Virus record (IMG/VR): IMGVR_UViG_3300021561_000002
Span: 10,471-74,470 of that record
Origin: a virus
Lineage: Duplodnaviria > Caudoviricetes
Length of the DNA: 64,000 nt
Direction: 5' to 3' (one strand)
Part shown: positions 26,989 to 37,732 of the stretch, one piece after another
How the letters are laid out: every line of letters starts with the position of its first letter
Position numbering within the stretch: the stretch's first letter is position 1
The notes under the pieces: model-generated
What the model saw: the letters and a program-made list of their open reading frames with translations, nothing else
Databases searched by the model: none
Told to the model about the DNA's origin: nothing
Program-made: the position numbers and the translations under genes

Positions 26989-27552
26989 ATGGGAATCCGA
27001 GTGAAGGGCATGGTTGACCCGAAGGTCGTTATCTATGACCTCGGTGGCATTTCGATTTACAAAGACCAAGTGGTTGAACTGACGGCTGTTCAGTTCAATG
27101 GGAGCCCCAACACTCAGGCGATGGTGGCCGGTGGCGTCCTGAGTGTCGTCATCGACGCCGTGACCCCTCCGCACGTGGACCCGTCCATCTCGGACGTTGA
27201 CCAATCCTTCAACTTGAGGAACGGTGTGGTCGAGCAAGCCCACATGAGCGATTCCCTCATGCTCGTCCTTCAGAGTGCGGAGAACGTTGTTTTCAATCCG
27301 GCCACGACCATCTTTTCGTCCGCCGACGTTCAGGCTCTCGGGGTGGAGTTGAGCACGCTCCTTGCGGATACCGGTGCCCTGGACTTGAAGTACAACCTTT
27401 CGGCCTCCGTGGCTCCTGGTGTGGACGACGATGGCACGGATGGTTACTCGAAGGGGTCTCGCTGGTATCATGATGACGGCATGGGGACGCAGGACGAATA
27501 CGTGTGCCTCTCCAACGTCACGGGTGCCGCTGTGTGGAAGAAGACGACGTAA
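26989..27552 (+). CDS. hypothetical virion protein
   Basis: 187 aa; C-terminal DDGTDGYSKGSRWY..YVCLSNVTGAAVW fibre-type motif. Confidence 0.55.
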   Translation: MGIRVKGMVDPKVVIYDLGGISIYKDQVVELTAVQFNGSPNTQAMVAGGVLSVVIDAVTPPHVDPSISDVDQSFNLRNGVVEQAHMSDSLMLVLQSAENVVFNPATTIFSSADVQALGVELSTLLADTGALDLKYNLSASVAPGVDDDGTDGYSKGSRWYHDDGMGTQDEYVCLSNVTGAAVWKKTT

Positions 27553-27562
27553 GGAGAGAGCC

Positions 27563-27808
27563 ATGCAGTTCAAGATGCCGATGGCCCGTGAGGGCAAGAA
27601 AGAACCCGAGGTCTTCATCCCGTCGGTGGTAAGGGCCGCCAGGGCGACGGTTTTCATCTCAGACCTTGAGAAGCCCCTGAACATCCCGGCCGACAGGCCG
27701 ACGAACATCGCGGGGCTCCGCTCGCTGAAGGAGCTTCAGAGGAGCCGTGTCTTGAAGAAGGCGCTGAAGATGGGTATGGTCGTTGAGGCCAAAGAACAAA
27801 TCCTGTAA
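27563..27808 (+). CDS. hypothetical protein
   Basis: 81 aa from ATG 27563 with AAGGAG RBS. Confidence 0.55.
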   Translation: MQFKMPMAREGKKEPEVFIPSVVRAARATVFISDLEKPLNIPADRPTNIAGLRSLKELQRSRVLKKALKMGMVVEAKEQIL

Positions 27809-27817
27809 GAGGTCGTC

Positions 27818-30800
27818 ATGTCCGATGTGGTTCTGAGGGGCAAGACACTTCCTGCGGTCAATATCTACGACCTTGACCCGGAAATCATTGTCCATTACGA
27901 AGAAGAAGTGACGCTGACTCTCGACCAGTATGTGTCGAGCCCGGTGGCGCAGAGGTATGTCGAGACGAACCTCTTGCAGATGCTTTCCGGCCCGTCGATT
28001 CTTCCTCGTACTGTTCTCGACACGGATGTTGACCCTCAGACGTTCAATCTTCGTCAGCACGTCGTTGATTGGGACAACATATCAGTAAGCCTTCAGTCGT
28101 TGCTCTCCGTATTGTCGCTTAACTATTATTGGTTGAGCGACCCGAGATTCACGGAAGACCCGCTGACCGATACCATTTCGTTCGGTAACGCCGTCCTTCT
28201 TTACGGAAGCGAGCCTTATGCCCTTTCCGCTGGCTCCATTGGTCCTGCGACAGAAGATTCCATCATCGTTGGTACTGCTAACCTCCTCAATACCCTGTCG
28301 CTTCGATTTGAGCCGATGGGCTATATCCCGGCGCCCGTCAACGAACTCGTCATTGGCGCCTACGATTTCACGCTGAAGCGTGGGGTGTTCCCCCGTAGCA
28401 TCTCCGTGGAGGCTCGTGACGTTGCATACGATAGTTCGACAAGCCTCATTCCGGCGACGACCGTTCAGGGGGCCATCGACTACATTGTAGGGATGTCCGC
28501 TTCGTCTCTTGGGACGAACGAGGCTTCGTGGTCGGTCAACCTTGACCGGACGGCCGACCCAACGCTGAGTCTGTTTTTCCGTCGGAACTCCCTGTCGGGA
28601 GACCCGGCGCTCCGATGGATTGAGGCGGCGAACCGCCTTTACCTCGACAACCCAATCCCGAACTCTCACCTGTCCATCGACACGACGGGGGTAACGAGTT
28701 CCATCGACATCATTTCAGGCGGAAGCCTTGACTTGCGAGGGGTCGCTGGTTCTGCGTCTCTCTACGGTTTGACAAGCGCCGTCGTCGGGAGCGAGACGGG
28801 CTCCATGACTATCGGAGCCTCCGGCACGGATATTGTTTCCGGTGGCTATATGGTTCCAATCGTCGTTTATGCGGCGGACAGCAATGTGCAGGTTCGTGGA
28901 TACGACTATGTTCAACTGAACAGCACTCATGGTCCTATCTACCTGAATGCCGCCACTTCCATTACTGGTACATTCGGTGCCGACGGGATGGGAATGAGCG
29001 GCGTCGGCCCGGTCCTTTACAATCATACGGGTCTCTACACCCACTCTTCCGGCACGGGCTTCTTGTTGCAGAGCCCTCTCTTTAACCTGACCGCCAACGT
29101 TGCCGGAACGACGACTCTGAACAGCGGCTCGAACGACCTCGTGATTCAGGCCGCTACGTATGGCAAGAGTATCACTATCCAGCCCGATGCCAACATCAGC
29201 CTGACGCCGGTCTCTGTTGGAGGAAGGGTATTTGTCGGGAGAACGATTCTTCCCACGGCGCCTTCCATCGACATCGGCACTACCTTGACTCCCTTCGGGA
29301 CCTTGTACGCCACGGACATCGTGATTCCGGGAGGAGTCTTCAAGGCCAACGGTTCCGTGACGGCGACCGGCGACTTCAACTTGGGAACCAAGAAAATCAC
29401 GAGCATGGGGAATCCCGTGTTGCCCGGGGATGCGGTGAACCTCGGGTATCTTCAAGCCTACGTTTCGGGATACGTTTACAAGTCGCCCGTTCGCCTTACG
29501 ACAACTGCTCCCGGAACCCTCGCCACGGATTTCGAGGCCGGAGACCTGATTGACACCAAGGCTCTTGCCCTCGGCGACCGAATCCTTATCAAGGACCAAG
29601 TGGACCCCATTGAGAACGGCATCTATACGGTCAACGCGACCGGAGCACCAACGAGGGCCACGGACGCCGACCAGCCCGGAGAACTCGCTGGTGGCATGAC
29701 TGTCTTCGTTGAAGACGGTGATGTGAACAAGAATACCGGGTGGGTCGTTACGTCTGACGGACCCTTGACTCCGGGAACCGACCCTATTGTGTGGGGTCAG
29801 ATTTTCGGTCCGGGCTCGGTCGTTGCGGGGAACGGCCTCGGCCAAAGTGGGAATACCCTGTTCGTCAACGTGGGTGCCAGCGGCGGCATTCAAATCGTTA
29901 CGGATGCCCTCGAAGTCAAGTTGAATGGCTCGACTCTTCAACTAGGCCCGGCGGGTCTTTCCGTCAACCAGTCATCTCTGTCTTTGAACAGCATCGGCGG
30001 GACGCTCGCCGCAAACAAGGGCGGAACGAACGCCGATTCGTCCGGGTGGACCGGATTCGTCAAGGTCACGTCCGGCGTTTGGTCCGCTACGTCCATCTCG
30101 ACGACGGATGTGTCGGAAGGCACACATCTCTATTACACGGACGAGCGAGTCGATGACCGTGTGGACGGCCTGCTCGTTGCCGGGACCGGTATCCAAAAGG
30201 CTTACGACGACCTCCTCGGAACGTTGACTCTATCCGTCGTTGCCGATACCACGGTCCAGCGCACGAACATCCTGTATGGCGGTTCGGCCATCGGAAGCCG
30301 TCCGGCCATCAATTTCATCGCCGGGTCCGGCATCGGTATGACCGTTACCGACAACATTGGTTCCAACAGGGTCGATGTGACCATTGCGAGCTCCGCTTCC
30401 GGTGAATACAACACGGCGTCCAACGTCAATGTTGGCGGGGTTGGCGTATTCAATTCCAAGGTCGGCGTGGACCTTCAATTCCGTGGAGTGAATGCGGGTA
30501 GCACCAAGGTCGGGGTCACACTCGATACCCCGAATAATGAAATCGACATTGATGTCAACGAGGCGAACCTTACCCTAAATAATATCGGAGGGACACTTTC
30601 AATCACGAAGGGCGGGACGGGTCAAATCACGTCTTCGGCGGCTTTCGATGCTCTCGCTCCGACTACGACGCAGGGCGACGTGATTGTTCGCGGGGCGTCT
30701 TCCAACGCGAGGCTCGCCATCGGGGCGAACGGAACGTATCTCGGCTCAAACGGGACAACGGCAAGCTGGTCGGTCCCTGCTGGTACGGGCGTTCCTTACT

Positions 30801-32635
30801 CGGGGGCCACCGGTGCCGTTGACCTGAACAGCCAGAACCTTACGAACGTCAATAACCTATCCGTGCTTGGGTACATGTATGGCGGCCCGACGGTTGGCGT
30901 CTTGACAAACAACGGAACGTACACCTTGAGTACCATCACCTATGGGACCGGTACGATTGGTGCGGGGTTTATTTTCAACGACATATCCGGGGCAAAACAT
31001 CTTCTCACGACGTATGGGTACAACCTTACGTTCTTCAAGCATCGCTCGACGGACTCTACCTACTACCAAACTTTTCAAATCGTCGGGGGTTCAGCGACTT
31101 CGATTGGGGCCACGGGCTACAATTTCAACATCGGAACGACTACCCCTGTCTCTATTAACTCCACGGGCCAGTTGGTGAGTTCTCTTGCCATCGGCACGGC
31201 TCCTTTCCTAGTTACGTCAACGACGGCTGTGACAAACCTGAACGCCGACCTTCTCGACGGGAATCATGCGTCGGATTTCGAGGATGCTCTAGGGAACCCG
31301 GCCTCTGACGGAAGACTCCTTTCTTCCACCGCCGCCGGAGTGAGAAGTTGGGTGGGTTTCGACCCAGGCTCGAATGGCATCATGGTCAGAACGGCCTTGA
31401 ACGATACCTCTGCGACCGCAATCGCTCAGGGAGACCTGTTCTATGGTTCCGCCGCAAATACATTGACCGCTTTAGCGAAGAGCACGACCGCCACCCGTTA
31501 TCTTTCCAATACGGGGACGACCAATAATCCCGCCTGGGCTCAAGTCAATCTTACGAACGGCGTTACGGGACTCCTTCCTTTCGCCAACATTGCAGATGGC
31601 TCGGCGCTGTCCGTCCTGGGGAGGGCGTCAAACAGCGCGGGTGTCATGGCTTCGATTGCCGCTGGAACGGACAATCAAGTTCTTCGTCGCTCCGGTACGA
31701 CCCTCGCGTTTGGCTCCGTGAATCTTGCGTCGGCCAACGCCGTGACCGGACTTCTTCCTTTCGCGAACATCGCCGACGGCTCGGCGCTCTCGGTCTTCGG
31801 AAGAGCGTCCAACTCGTCTGGCGTTCAGGCTAGTATCGCGGCTGGTACGGATAATCAGGTTCTTCGCCGTTCCGGGACCTCTCTCGCTTTCGGGGCGGTC
31901 AACCTTGCCTCCTCGGATGCCGTGACGGGTGCCCTTGCCATTGCCAACGGTGGTACGGGCCAGACTACGAAGACGGCGGCGATGGATGCCTTGTCTCCGA
32001 CGACCACCAAGGGCGACCTTCTGGTGGACAACGGGACGAACGTGATTCGTGTTGCGGTCGGTACGAACAATCAAGTCCTTACCGCAGATTCGGCTCAAGC
32101 GTCGGGCGTCAAGTGGGCGGCGGCTTCTGGCGGAGCGCACACGTTCGAGGCGTCAAATGCGGCTACCGTGTCGTCTTCCTACGCGATGCTGTCGAAACAT
32201 TGTATCGACACGAACAACCCTTCAGGGCTTCCCACGGGCTCTCCGTACACCTATTGGGGCTCCGGCGGCGCTGACCCGTTCCTTGCTGTGGAAGCCATGA
32301 CAATCACGAAGGCTATGGTTTCGGTTCAAACGTGCTGTGTTTCTCAGGATACGGTTGGAGCCACGGCAACTCTACGAATCGACGTGTACCAAGAGGACTA
32401 CTCATCGCGGACGCTTCTTGGTTCTCTGGACTTCTCCATGAATACGGCCAAGGTTCAGACCAGTAATACGCTGTCCGCTACGGATAACGCGCAGTCTGTG
32501 GCCCTGACGGGATTGAGCATATCTATTCCGGCTGGAACCCGGTTTAGTATGCAATTCACGAATCGAAGCGCGGATAACACGCAAATCAACGGGGTTGCGC
32601 GTGCCATCTGCCGCTTGTACGCCACTCCGTCGTAA
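27818..32635 (+). CDS. long fibre protein (head/neck or tail fibre)
   Basis: 1605 aa G/T/S-rich; GDRILIKDQVDPIENGIY module; GGTGQT and LNADLLDG fibre motifs. Confidence 0.75.
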   Translation: MSDVVLRGKTLPAVNIYDLDPEIIVHYEEEVTLTLDQYVSSPVAQRYVETNLLQMLSGPSILPRTVLDTDVDPQTFNLRQHVVDWDNISVSLQSLLSVLSLNYYWLSDPRFTEDPLTDTISFGNAVLLYGSEPYALSAGSIGPATEDSIIVGTANLLNTLSLRFEPMGYIPAPVNELVIGAYDFTLKRGVFPRSISVEARDVAYDSSTSLIPATTVQGAIDYIVGMSASSLGTNEASWSVNLDRTADPTLSLFFRRNSLSGDPALRWIEAANRLYLDNPIPNSHLSIDTTGVTSSIDIISGGSLDLRGVAGSASLYGLTSAVVGSETGSMTIGASGTDIVSGGYMVPIVVYAADSNVQVRGYDYVQLNSTHGPIYLNAATSITGTFGADGMGMSGVGPVLYNHTGLYTHSSGTGFLLQSPLFNLTANVAGTTTLNSGSNDLVIQAATYGKSITIQPDANISLTPVSVGGRVFVGRTILPTAPSIDIGTTLTPFGTLYATDIVIPGGVFKANGSVTATGDFNLGTKKITSMGNPVLPGDAVNLGYLQAYVSGYVYKSPVRLTTTAPGTLATDFEAGDLIDTKALALGDRILIKDQVDPIENGIYTVNATGAPTRATDADQPGELAGGMTVFVEDGDVNKNTGWVVTSDGPLTPGTDPIVWGQIFGPGSVVAGNGLGQSGNTLFVNVGASGGIQIVTDALEVKLNGSTLQLGPAGLSVNQSSLSLNSIGGTLAANKGGTNADSSGWTGFVKVTSGVWSATSISTTDVSEGTHLYYTDERVDDRVDGLLVAGTGIQKAYDDLLGTLTLSVVADTTVQRTNILYGGSAIGSRPAINFIAGSGIGMTVTDNIGSNRVDVTIASSASGEYNTASNVNVGGVGVFNSKVGVDLQFRGVNAGSTKVGVTLDTPNNEIDIDVNEANLTLNNIGGTLSITKGGTGQITSSAAFDALAPTTTQGDVIVRGASSNARLAIGANGTYLGSNGTTASWSVPAGTGVPYSGATGAVDLNSQNLTNVNNLSVLGYMYGGPTVGVLTNNGTYTLSTITYGTGTIGAGFIFNDISGAKHLLTTYGYNLTFFKHRSTDSTYYQTFQIVGGSATSIGATGYNFNIGTTTPVSINSTGQLVSSLAIGTAPFLVTSTTAVTNLNADLLDGNHASDFEDALGNPASDGRLLSSTAAGVRSWVGFDPGSNGIMVRTALNDTSATAIAQGDLFYGSAANTLTALAKSTTATRYLSNTGTTNNPAWAQVNLTNGVTGLLPFANIADGSALSVLGRASNSAGVMASIAAGTDNQVLRRSGTTLAFGSVNLASANAVTGLLPFANIADGSALSVFGRASNSSGVQASIAAGTDNQVLRRSGTSLAFGAVNLASSDAVTGALAIANGGTGQTTKTAAMDALSPTTTKGDLLVDNGTNVIRVAVGTNNQVLTADSAQASGVKWAAASGGAHTFEASNAATVSSSYAMLSKHCIDTNNPSGLPTGSPYTYWGSGGADPFLAVEAMTITKAMVSVQTCCVSQDTVGATATLRIDVYQEDYSSRTLLGSLDFSMNTAKVQTSNTLSATDNAQSVALTGLSISIPAGTRFSMQFTNRSADNTQINGVARAICRLYATPS
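31561..31920 (+). repeat. 180-bp (60 aa) diverged tandem repeat in fibre
   Basis: VTGLLPFANIADGSALSV(L/F)GRASNS... twice, mostly synonymous differences. Confidence 0.85.
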
Positions 32636-32704
32636 CGTAAACTGTTTGTAATGTCCCTCGACGAGGAAGGCTCGAAGAGGGACAAAACTTAAAGGAGATG
32701 TGAC

Positions 32705-32950
32705 ATGGGCGAGGAAAACAAGTTCGAGGCCGGTATCCGTGAGACGGTGGAGAAAACGAAGGAGGCGCTCCGACGGCAGTTCAAGGACGCCGAGTACACG
32801 GTGGATGAGGTTTCGGTGGTGTTGACGATGCGTGCCGTCTCGAAGGACGACGAATCCATCGTCCTGCAACAACCCTCCATCGCCATCACGGCCTTCGGGA
32901 CCGACCATGAGCGTGTCATCAAGGCCAAGCCGCAGGGCCAGCAGGGGTAA
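32705..32950 (+). CDS. hypothetical protein
   Basis: 81 aa, AAAGGAG RBS. Confidence 0.6.
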   Translation: MGEENKFEAGIRETVEKTKEALRRQFKDAEYTVDEVSVVLTMRAVSKDDESIVLQQPSIAITAFGTDHERVIKAKPQGQQG

Positions 32951-32959
32951 GAGGACGGG

Positions 32960-33775
32960 ATGGCTCCACAGACAGTTCAGGGAGTTACAGTAACCAATCC
33001 GATGACTGGAACGAGTTTGCTCGTCTCTTGGGCGGCATCCTTGTCTCCGGTCATCGGATATTCCGTTTACAGGGGACTCTCGCAGGCGGGGCCGTTCGAG
33101 TTGTTGCAGGCCAACATCGCAGTAACTTTTTTCATGGACCTGACGGCCGACCAGAGGCAACGGACGGACTACTGGTACGCCGTAACTGCTACCGATGGGA
33201 CCGGTGAGAGCCTGATGTCGGTGGCCGCAAACCAGATTCCTTTCGCCCGGATTTCGTCCGCAGAGGAGATGACCCGTCTCGGCGAACAGGCGGAGATGAA
33301 CCATCGGCTCATCCTTGCCGAGGTCGTGAGAAGGAATGAGTACCTTCTTCGCCGTGGTGGGGAGGTCGTTGACATCTACATCCGCAAGACCGCTGGCGTC
33401 AAGTGTTCCAACTGTTTCGACCCGATTCGTAATCAACCGAAGTTTCCCGAATGTCCGGTGTGCTATGGAACAACCTATGAGGGCGGATACGATTCGTTCC
33501 CGTCGGTGCTGGCGAAAATCGAGCCGTACCGAGACTACCGTGAGCTTGCGGACGCCGGGTACAAGTGGCGTGTCATTCCTCGTAGTTGGATTACTACCTA
33601 TCCGCTTATCCGTCCTGGTGACATCTTGGTCCGCCGCCTGAGCAACCGACGGTATGAGTTGCAGAACATCGACGTGAAACTGTCTCGTGGAATCATCACG
33701 AGGCAAGAGTTCGACATCATGGAGTTCCAGAGGACCGAGCGCCCCGAAATCTTTGCCCTGGGGGTCGGGACATGA
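32960..33775 (+). CDS. neck/head-closure protein with N-terminal FN3 and CxxC..CxxC
   Basis: VSWAASLSPVIGYSVYR; CSNC..CPVC; position before tail completion genes. Confidence 0.55.
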   Translation: MAPQTVQGVTVTNPMTGTSLLVSWAASLSPVIGYSVYRGLSQAGPFELLQANIAVTFFMDLTADQRQRTDYWYAVTATDGTGESLMSVAANQIPFARISSAEEMTRLGEQAEMNHRLILAEVVRRNEYLLRRGGEVVDIYIRKTAGVKCSNCFDPIRNQPKFPECPVCYGTTYEGGYDSFPSVLAKIEPYRDYRELADAGYKWRVIPRSWITTYPLIRPGDILVRRLSNRRYELQNIDVKLSRGIITRQEFDIMEFQRTERPEIFALGVGT

Positions 33776-34386
33776 CCACCGTGAATTACGGAGTCGAAAT
33801 GGTCGGTACGAACCTCCCGCTGAAAATCAGCCAAGGAAAGGCGATGGAGCAGTTCATCGTAACGAAGCTCCTGCCCGAAATCGGGAATATCATCCGCAAG
33901 AAAGTCGTGGACCGAATCGAAAGGGAGAACTTTAAACGCTCGAACGGAAGAATGAAGTCCGCCGTGAAGGTTCGTGTTCTTCCAGGGGAGATGGCGGTCG
34001 AGGTCTATAACGATAGCTCGCTGGCTCCTTATGCGAAGTGGCAGGAGATTGGCGTGCGTCCGCACTCGATGACGTACCTCCTGAACAAGAAGAACCCGAA
34101 TCGCATCCCCTACAAAATCGTCGGCGGAGAGTTCGTGTTCGCAGGTCGTGGCACGGGAGACGCCTATAACCCGAAGGCCCGTGGTATCCGGTGGGCGACC
34201 GTGACTCCCGAGGCGCTTGCGAAGGGGAAGTTCTTCAATCCTGGATACTCTGGCCGCTACCTCTACCGGAATGGCATGAGGGACGCCTTGCGGGAAATCG
34301 AAGATAAGTTCAAGTGGTTCACGTACCGCATCGCACAGGAACAGAGCGGGGAAACGGGAGGAGTTCACCATGCCGCCGCTCAATGA
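33772..34386 (+). CDS. neck/tail completion protein (HK97 gp10-like)
   Basis: RSNGRMKSAV, APYAKWQEIG, YLYRNGM. Confidence 0.55.
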   Translation: MTTVNYGVEMVGTNLPLKISQGKAMEQFIVTKLLPEIGNIIRKKVVDRIERENFKRSNGRMKSAVKVRVLPGEMAVEVYNDSSLAPYAKWQEIGVRPHSMTYLLNKKNPNRIPYKIVGGEFVFAGRGTGDAYNPKARGIRWATVTPEALAKGKFFNPGYSGRYLYRNGMRDALREIEDKFKWFTYRIAQEQSGETGGVHHAAAQ

Positions 34387-35365
34387 GAACGGTCTCTACT
34401 TCTCGATGGTCGAGGAGGTCCAGAACTACCTCATCCAAGAACTTCGGAAGTTCTTCGGACAGCTTCCTCCCTACGTGGACAAATACCCGACCGGGCTCAT
34501 CCCGACCGACCTGATTTACAGAGAGAGTTCCCCTGGCGTGCCGACCGGCAACATGAACATCGTGGACGAAGAGAACTTCGACGACCGCCGCCTCCCCTGC
34601 ATCATCCTGACAGGCTTCAACGGGGACGCCGTGGAGTTGGGTCTCGGGCAGGCTGGCATGAGGCCCCCGCAGACAAGGGAGGCGAACACGGTTATGGCTT
34701 CGGCCGTGAGGGCCGCTACCGTGGTGGCCGGAAACCTGACCTCAGACTTCGATGCTGGAAAGATTATCGACGGGGTGACTCTGGCGGCCGGTAACAGGGT
34801 CCTCATCAAAAATCAGGCCCTCCCGGCGCAAAACGGGGTGTATGTGGTTCAGGCGACAGGGGCTCCCCTACGTGCGACTGATTTCGATACAGCCGTGGAG
34901 TTCTTGAAGTGGACCACGATTCCCGTGACTGAGGGAACGGAGAACGCAGGCAGGTACTTTAGTCAGGTATCCGTACCCCCGACGACCTTGGGGGTGGACC
35001 CGGTGCTTTATGATGACCGGGGGCTGGAAACGCTTGAGTGGGATGAACGGGTAGGGGCACGGAACATCAATATAACGTACTCTATTCGGGCTCGTAGCAC
35101 CTCTCAGAGGGCCAGGCTTACTGACCTTCTGATGGTGGCTGTGCAGGACAAGAGATTCGTTAGAGGCGAAATAGAGAAACAGAGCGTTTTTATCACTCCC
35201 CCCTTCGTAAGAGAAACGGGTTCGAGTGAAGAGTTTACGGTGTCTCCCGGTACTGATATGATATATCGGGTGGACTACACAAGTGTTTTCTTCGCTCAAT
35301 GGAGCCATAGGCTCCTTAAAACGGAGAACGTGGCAAAGGCTATCATCCCGACAGCAACATTTTAA
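34370..35365 (+). CDS. tail terminator/completion protein with inserted fibre module
   Basis: RRLPCIILT..., SIRARSTSQRARLTDLL flank an IIDGVTLAAGNRVLIKNQ module; immediately before sheath. Confidence 0.55.
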   Translation: MPPLNENGLYFSMVEEVQNYLIQELRKFFGQLPPYVDKYPTGLIPTDLIYRESSPGVPTGNMNIVDEENFDDRRLPCIILTGFNGDAVELGLGQAGMRPPQTREANTVMASAVRAATVVAGNLTSDFDAGKIIDGVTLAAGNRVLIKNQALPAQNGVYVVQATGAPLRATDFDTAVEFLKWTTIPVTEGTENAGRYFSQVSVPPTTLGVDPVLYDDRGLETLEWDERVGARNINITYSIRARSTSQRARLTDLLMVAVQDKRFVRGEIEKQSVFITPPFVRETGSSEEFTVSPGTDMIYRVDYTSVFFAQWSHRLLKTENVAKAIIPTATF

Positions 35366-35377
35366 GGAGGCCGTGAG

Positions 35378-37147
35378 ATGGACATTCCGAAGACAAGGTT
35401 AGGGGTTTTCAGCGTCGAAGACCCGACTTTGGGAACGGCGGTCGTTGCCGGATACGATACGACCGTGGCAGTCATCGGCAAGACTTTCGGCGAGGTTGCG
35501 ACCCTCTCCGACGAGGCCGTGGAAAGGGGTGATACCCCGGACCTGAGCGACCTTCTGCTCCACAACACCATCACCCGTATCTCTCGTGTGTCCGACATCC
35601 AGGGCGGCGTTGCCTCTTACGTTCGGGACGTGGACTACCGCCTCGTCACGGCGAACAGCATCGAGTGGCTCGGCACGACGGTTCCGGCTCCCGTGGGTCT
35701 CGTGGGCTCCGCTCAGACCGTGACTCCCGTTGCTCCGAACGTCGGTCTCGCCGCCAACACATACGACTTCGTGGTGACGGCCATCAGGAAAATCGACACC
35801 GACCCCGAGACCTACGGCGAGACCGTGGTTTCCTCACAAGTCGAGGTCGTGGTTGGCGGCGGCGCTCCGGCGACGAATGCCGTGAGGTTGACGTGGACCC
35901 CTTCCGATGGTGGCGAGGGCTACCGCATCTACCGTAAGTTGAGCACCGACCCCAACTACACCGACAAGCTCATCGCCGAGGTTCCGGGCGGGGCGAGCAA
36001 CTACTTCGTGGACGACGGTTACGCCACGGCCACCGGAACGCCTCCGGGCGTGAACAACGCCTACAAGCGTCCGGCGGACGGGGCCACGTACTACGTGACC
36101 TACGTCGCCACGCTGTTCGATTACTTCACTCCTCGCACGTTCTTCAGCCTGACCGAACTCATCAAGAAGCACTCCCTCGGGAGTGACCTCGCCATTGCGG
36201 GGTCAATGATTATCGGCGGTCCGGGCGTGGGGCAGGGTGCGAGTAAGGTTATGACCATCGCCATCCCCGATACGACCGAGGCGAGTTTCTTGACGGCCCT
36301 GGAAGCCTTGGAGACCGAGGACGTGGACATCATCGTTCCCTTCTCGTTCGACCCGGCGGTTCAGTTGGCCGTTGCGGAACACGTGGTCGCCATGTCGAAC
36401 CCCATCACGGGCCGTCGGCGTCAGGCGTTCATGGGTTGTGCGAGGGGCACGCTCATCGGCGACCCCGATACCGTGGGAACGTCCGTTTGGGCGGCTCGTC
36501 GCTTGGAACTCCAAGACGACGATACCGTTCCGCAGGGCAAGCTCATCGTCTTCGTGGCGGAGAACGGGTGCAACTACGACGTTCAGTTGCCCAACAACGT
36601 CCTCCTTCCGACGGACCTGGACGGCTGGTTCCTTGCGGCGGCGGTGGCCGGTCGGGTGGCGTCCTTGCCGGACCCCGCTACCCCGGTGACGTACAAGCAG
36701 TTGCGAGGCATCAACTCCCTGGCTCAGAACTTCAGTCCCAACGAGCGGGACTACCTCGACTCCAACGGCTTGCTGACCTGCTTCGACGATAGCGGGGTCA
36801 TCAAGGTGTATCACGGTCGGACCATCGACTTGCTGACCGTTGAGCACGGCGAGGTCAGCATGGTCCGCACGATGCACACGCTTCAGCGTCGGATGGCCGT
36901 TCGGTTCGCTTCCTTCATCGGGGCGAAAATCACGGAGATGTTCCTCAAGTCAATCGAGACGGGCACAGACCAGGAACTCGGCATCGCCCTGAAAGATGAA
37001 CTCCTGTCGGACTACGACAAGAGTTCCATCGAGGCGACCCAGGATAGCGGTCCTGGCGCTGACCCTCGCCTCATCAACGTGACCTTCAGGGCCACGGGGA
37101 TGTACCCCGCCAACCAAATCGTCTTCAAGTTCGGCTTCAACCTGTAA
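35378..37147 (+). CDS. tail sheath protein
   Basis: 589 aa; ALEALETEDVDII, LAAAVAGRVAS, ATPVTYKQL, ERDYLDSNGL, EVSMVRT. Confidence 0.9.
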   Translation: MDIPKTRLGVFSVEDPTLGTAVVAGYDTTVAVIGKTFGEVATLSDEAVERGDTPDLSDLLLHNTITRISRVSDIQGGVASYVRDVDYRLVTANSIEWLGTTVPAPVGLVGSAQTVTPVAPNVGLAANTYDFVVTAIRKIDTDPETYGETVVSSQVEVVVGGGAPATNAVRLTWTPSDGGEGYRIYRKLSTDPNYTDKLIAEVPGGASNYFVDDGYATATGTPPGVNNAYKRPADGATYYVTYVATLFDYFTPRTFFSLTELIKKHSLGSDLAIAGSMIIGGPGVGQGASKVMTIAIPDTTEASFLTALEALETEDVDIIVPFSFDPAVQLAVAEHVVAMSNPITGRRRQAFMGCARGTLIGDPDTVGTSVWAARRLELQDDDTVPQGKLIVFVAENGCNYDVQLPNNVLLPTDLDGWFLAAAVAGRVASLPDPATPVTYKQLRGINSLAQNFSPNERDYLDSNGLLTCFDDSGVIKVYHGRTIDLLTVEHGEVSMVRTMHTLQRRMAVRFASFIGAKITEMFLKSIETGTDQELGIALKDELLSDYDKSSIEATQDSGPGADPRLINVTFRATGMYPANQIVFKFGFNL

Positions 37148-37165
37148 AACAAGGAGGATTGAGTC

Positions 37166-37672
37166 ATGGGATTGGTCAAGCACGGGTACGGAGTCGGTCT
37201 CGCTCCGCAGAATCAGGTGGTCATCAGCACCGCCATCACGGTGTTCGATGAGCAGGGAAACGAAATCGGCTTCATCCAGTCGTTGAACCGGAACGATACC
37301 CGGGGCACGACGCCGATTCGCCACCTGAACAAGGCCGACGCTGGCCGCATCGTCGAGCAAGTGCCCGGCGTTGAGAACTACGGTCTCTCGGCTTCGTCCT
37401 TCGGTCTCTGGAACGCCTCGAACTCCGACAAGAGGAGCCTGATGAACCGCCTGGCTGGCCTGGGCGGCCCCGGCGGCGGAGGCGCTTTCCAAGTGCTGAA
37501 CCAACAGCAAATCCCGTTCGTTATCCGTCAGGTCGAAGAGCACCCTTCGACCGGCGCTCAGAACGTGACGCTGTTCTTGGGGTGCATGTTGACTTCGTTC
37601 AGCCGCCCGGTGGCCGTCGGCACGGCGACCATCTCGGAGACCTGCGCCATCACTCCCTCCTGGGTCGAATAA
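37166..37672 (+). CDS. tail tube protein
   Basis: 168 aa after sheath; IGFIQSLN..IRHL...VEQVPG. Confidence 0.8.
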   Translation: MGLVKHGYGVGLAPQNQVVISTAITVFDEQGNEIGFIQSLNRNDTRGTTPIRHLNKADAGRIVEQVPGVENYGLSASSFGLWNASNSDKRSLMNRLAGLGGPGGGGAFQVLNQQQIPFVIRQVEEHPSTGAQNVTLFLGCMLTSFSRPVAVGTATISETCAITPSWVE

Positions 37673-37732
37673 GACCAGGAGGGTAGTGAAGCATTTCAAT
37701 GCCCGGCCAAGGTCGGGCAATGGGGGTAAGCA

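Noticed and set aside
33380-33395. RKTA in the neck protein as a cleavage site
   Set aside because: Single instance directly before a Zn finger; compatible with chance
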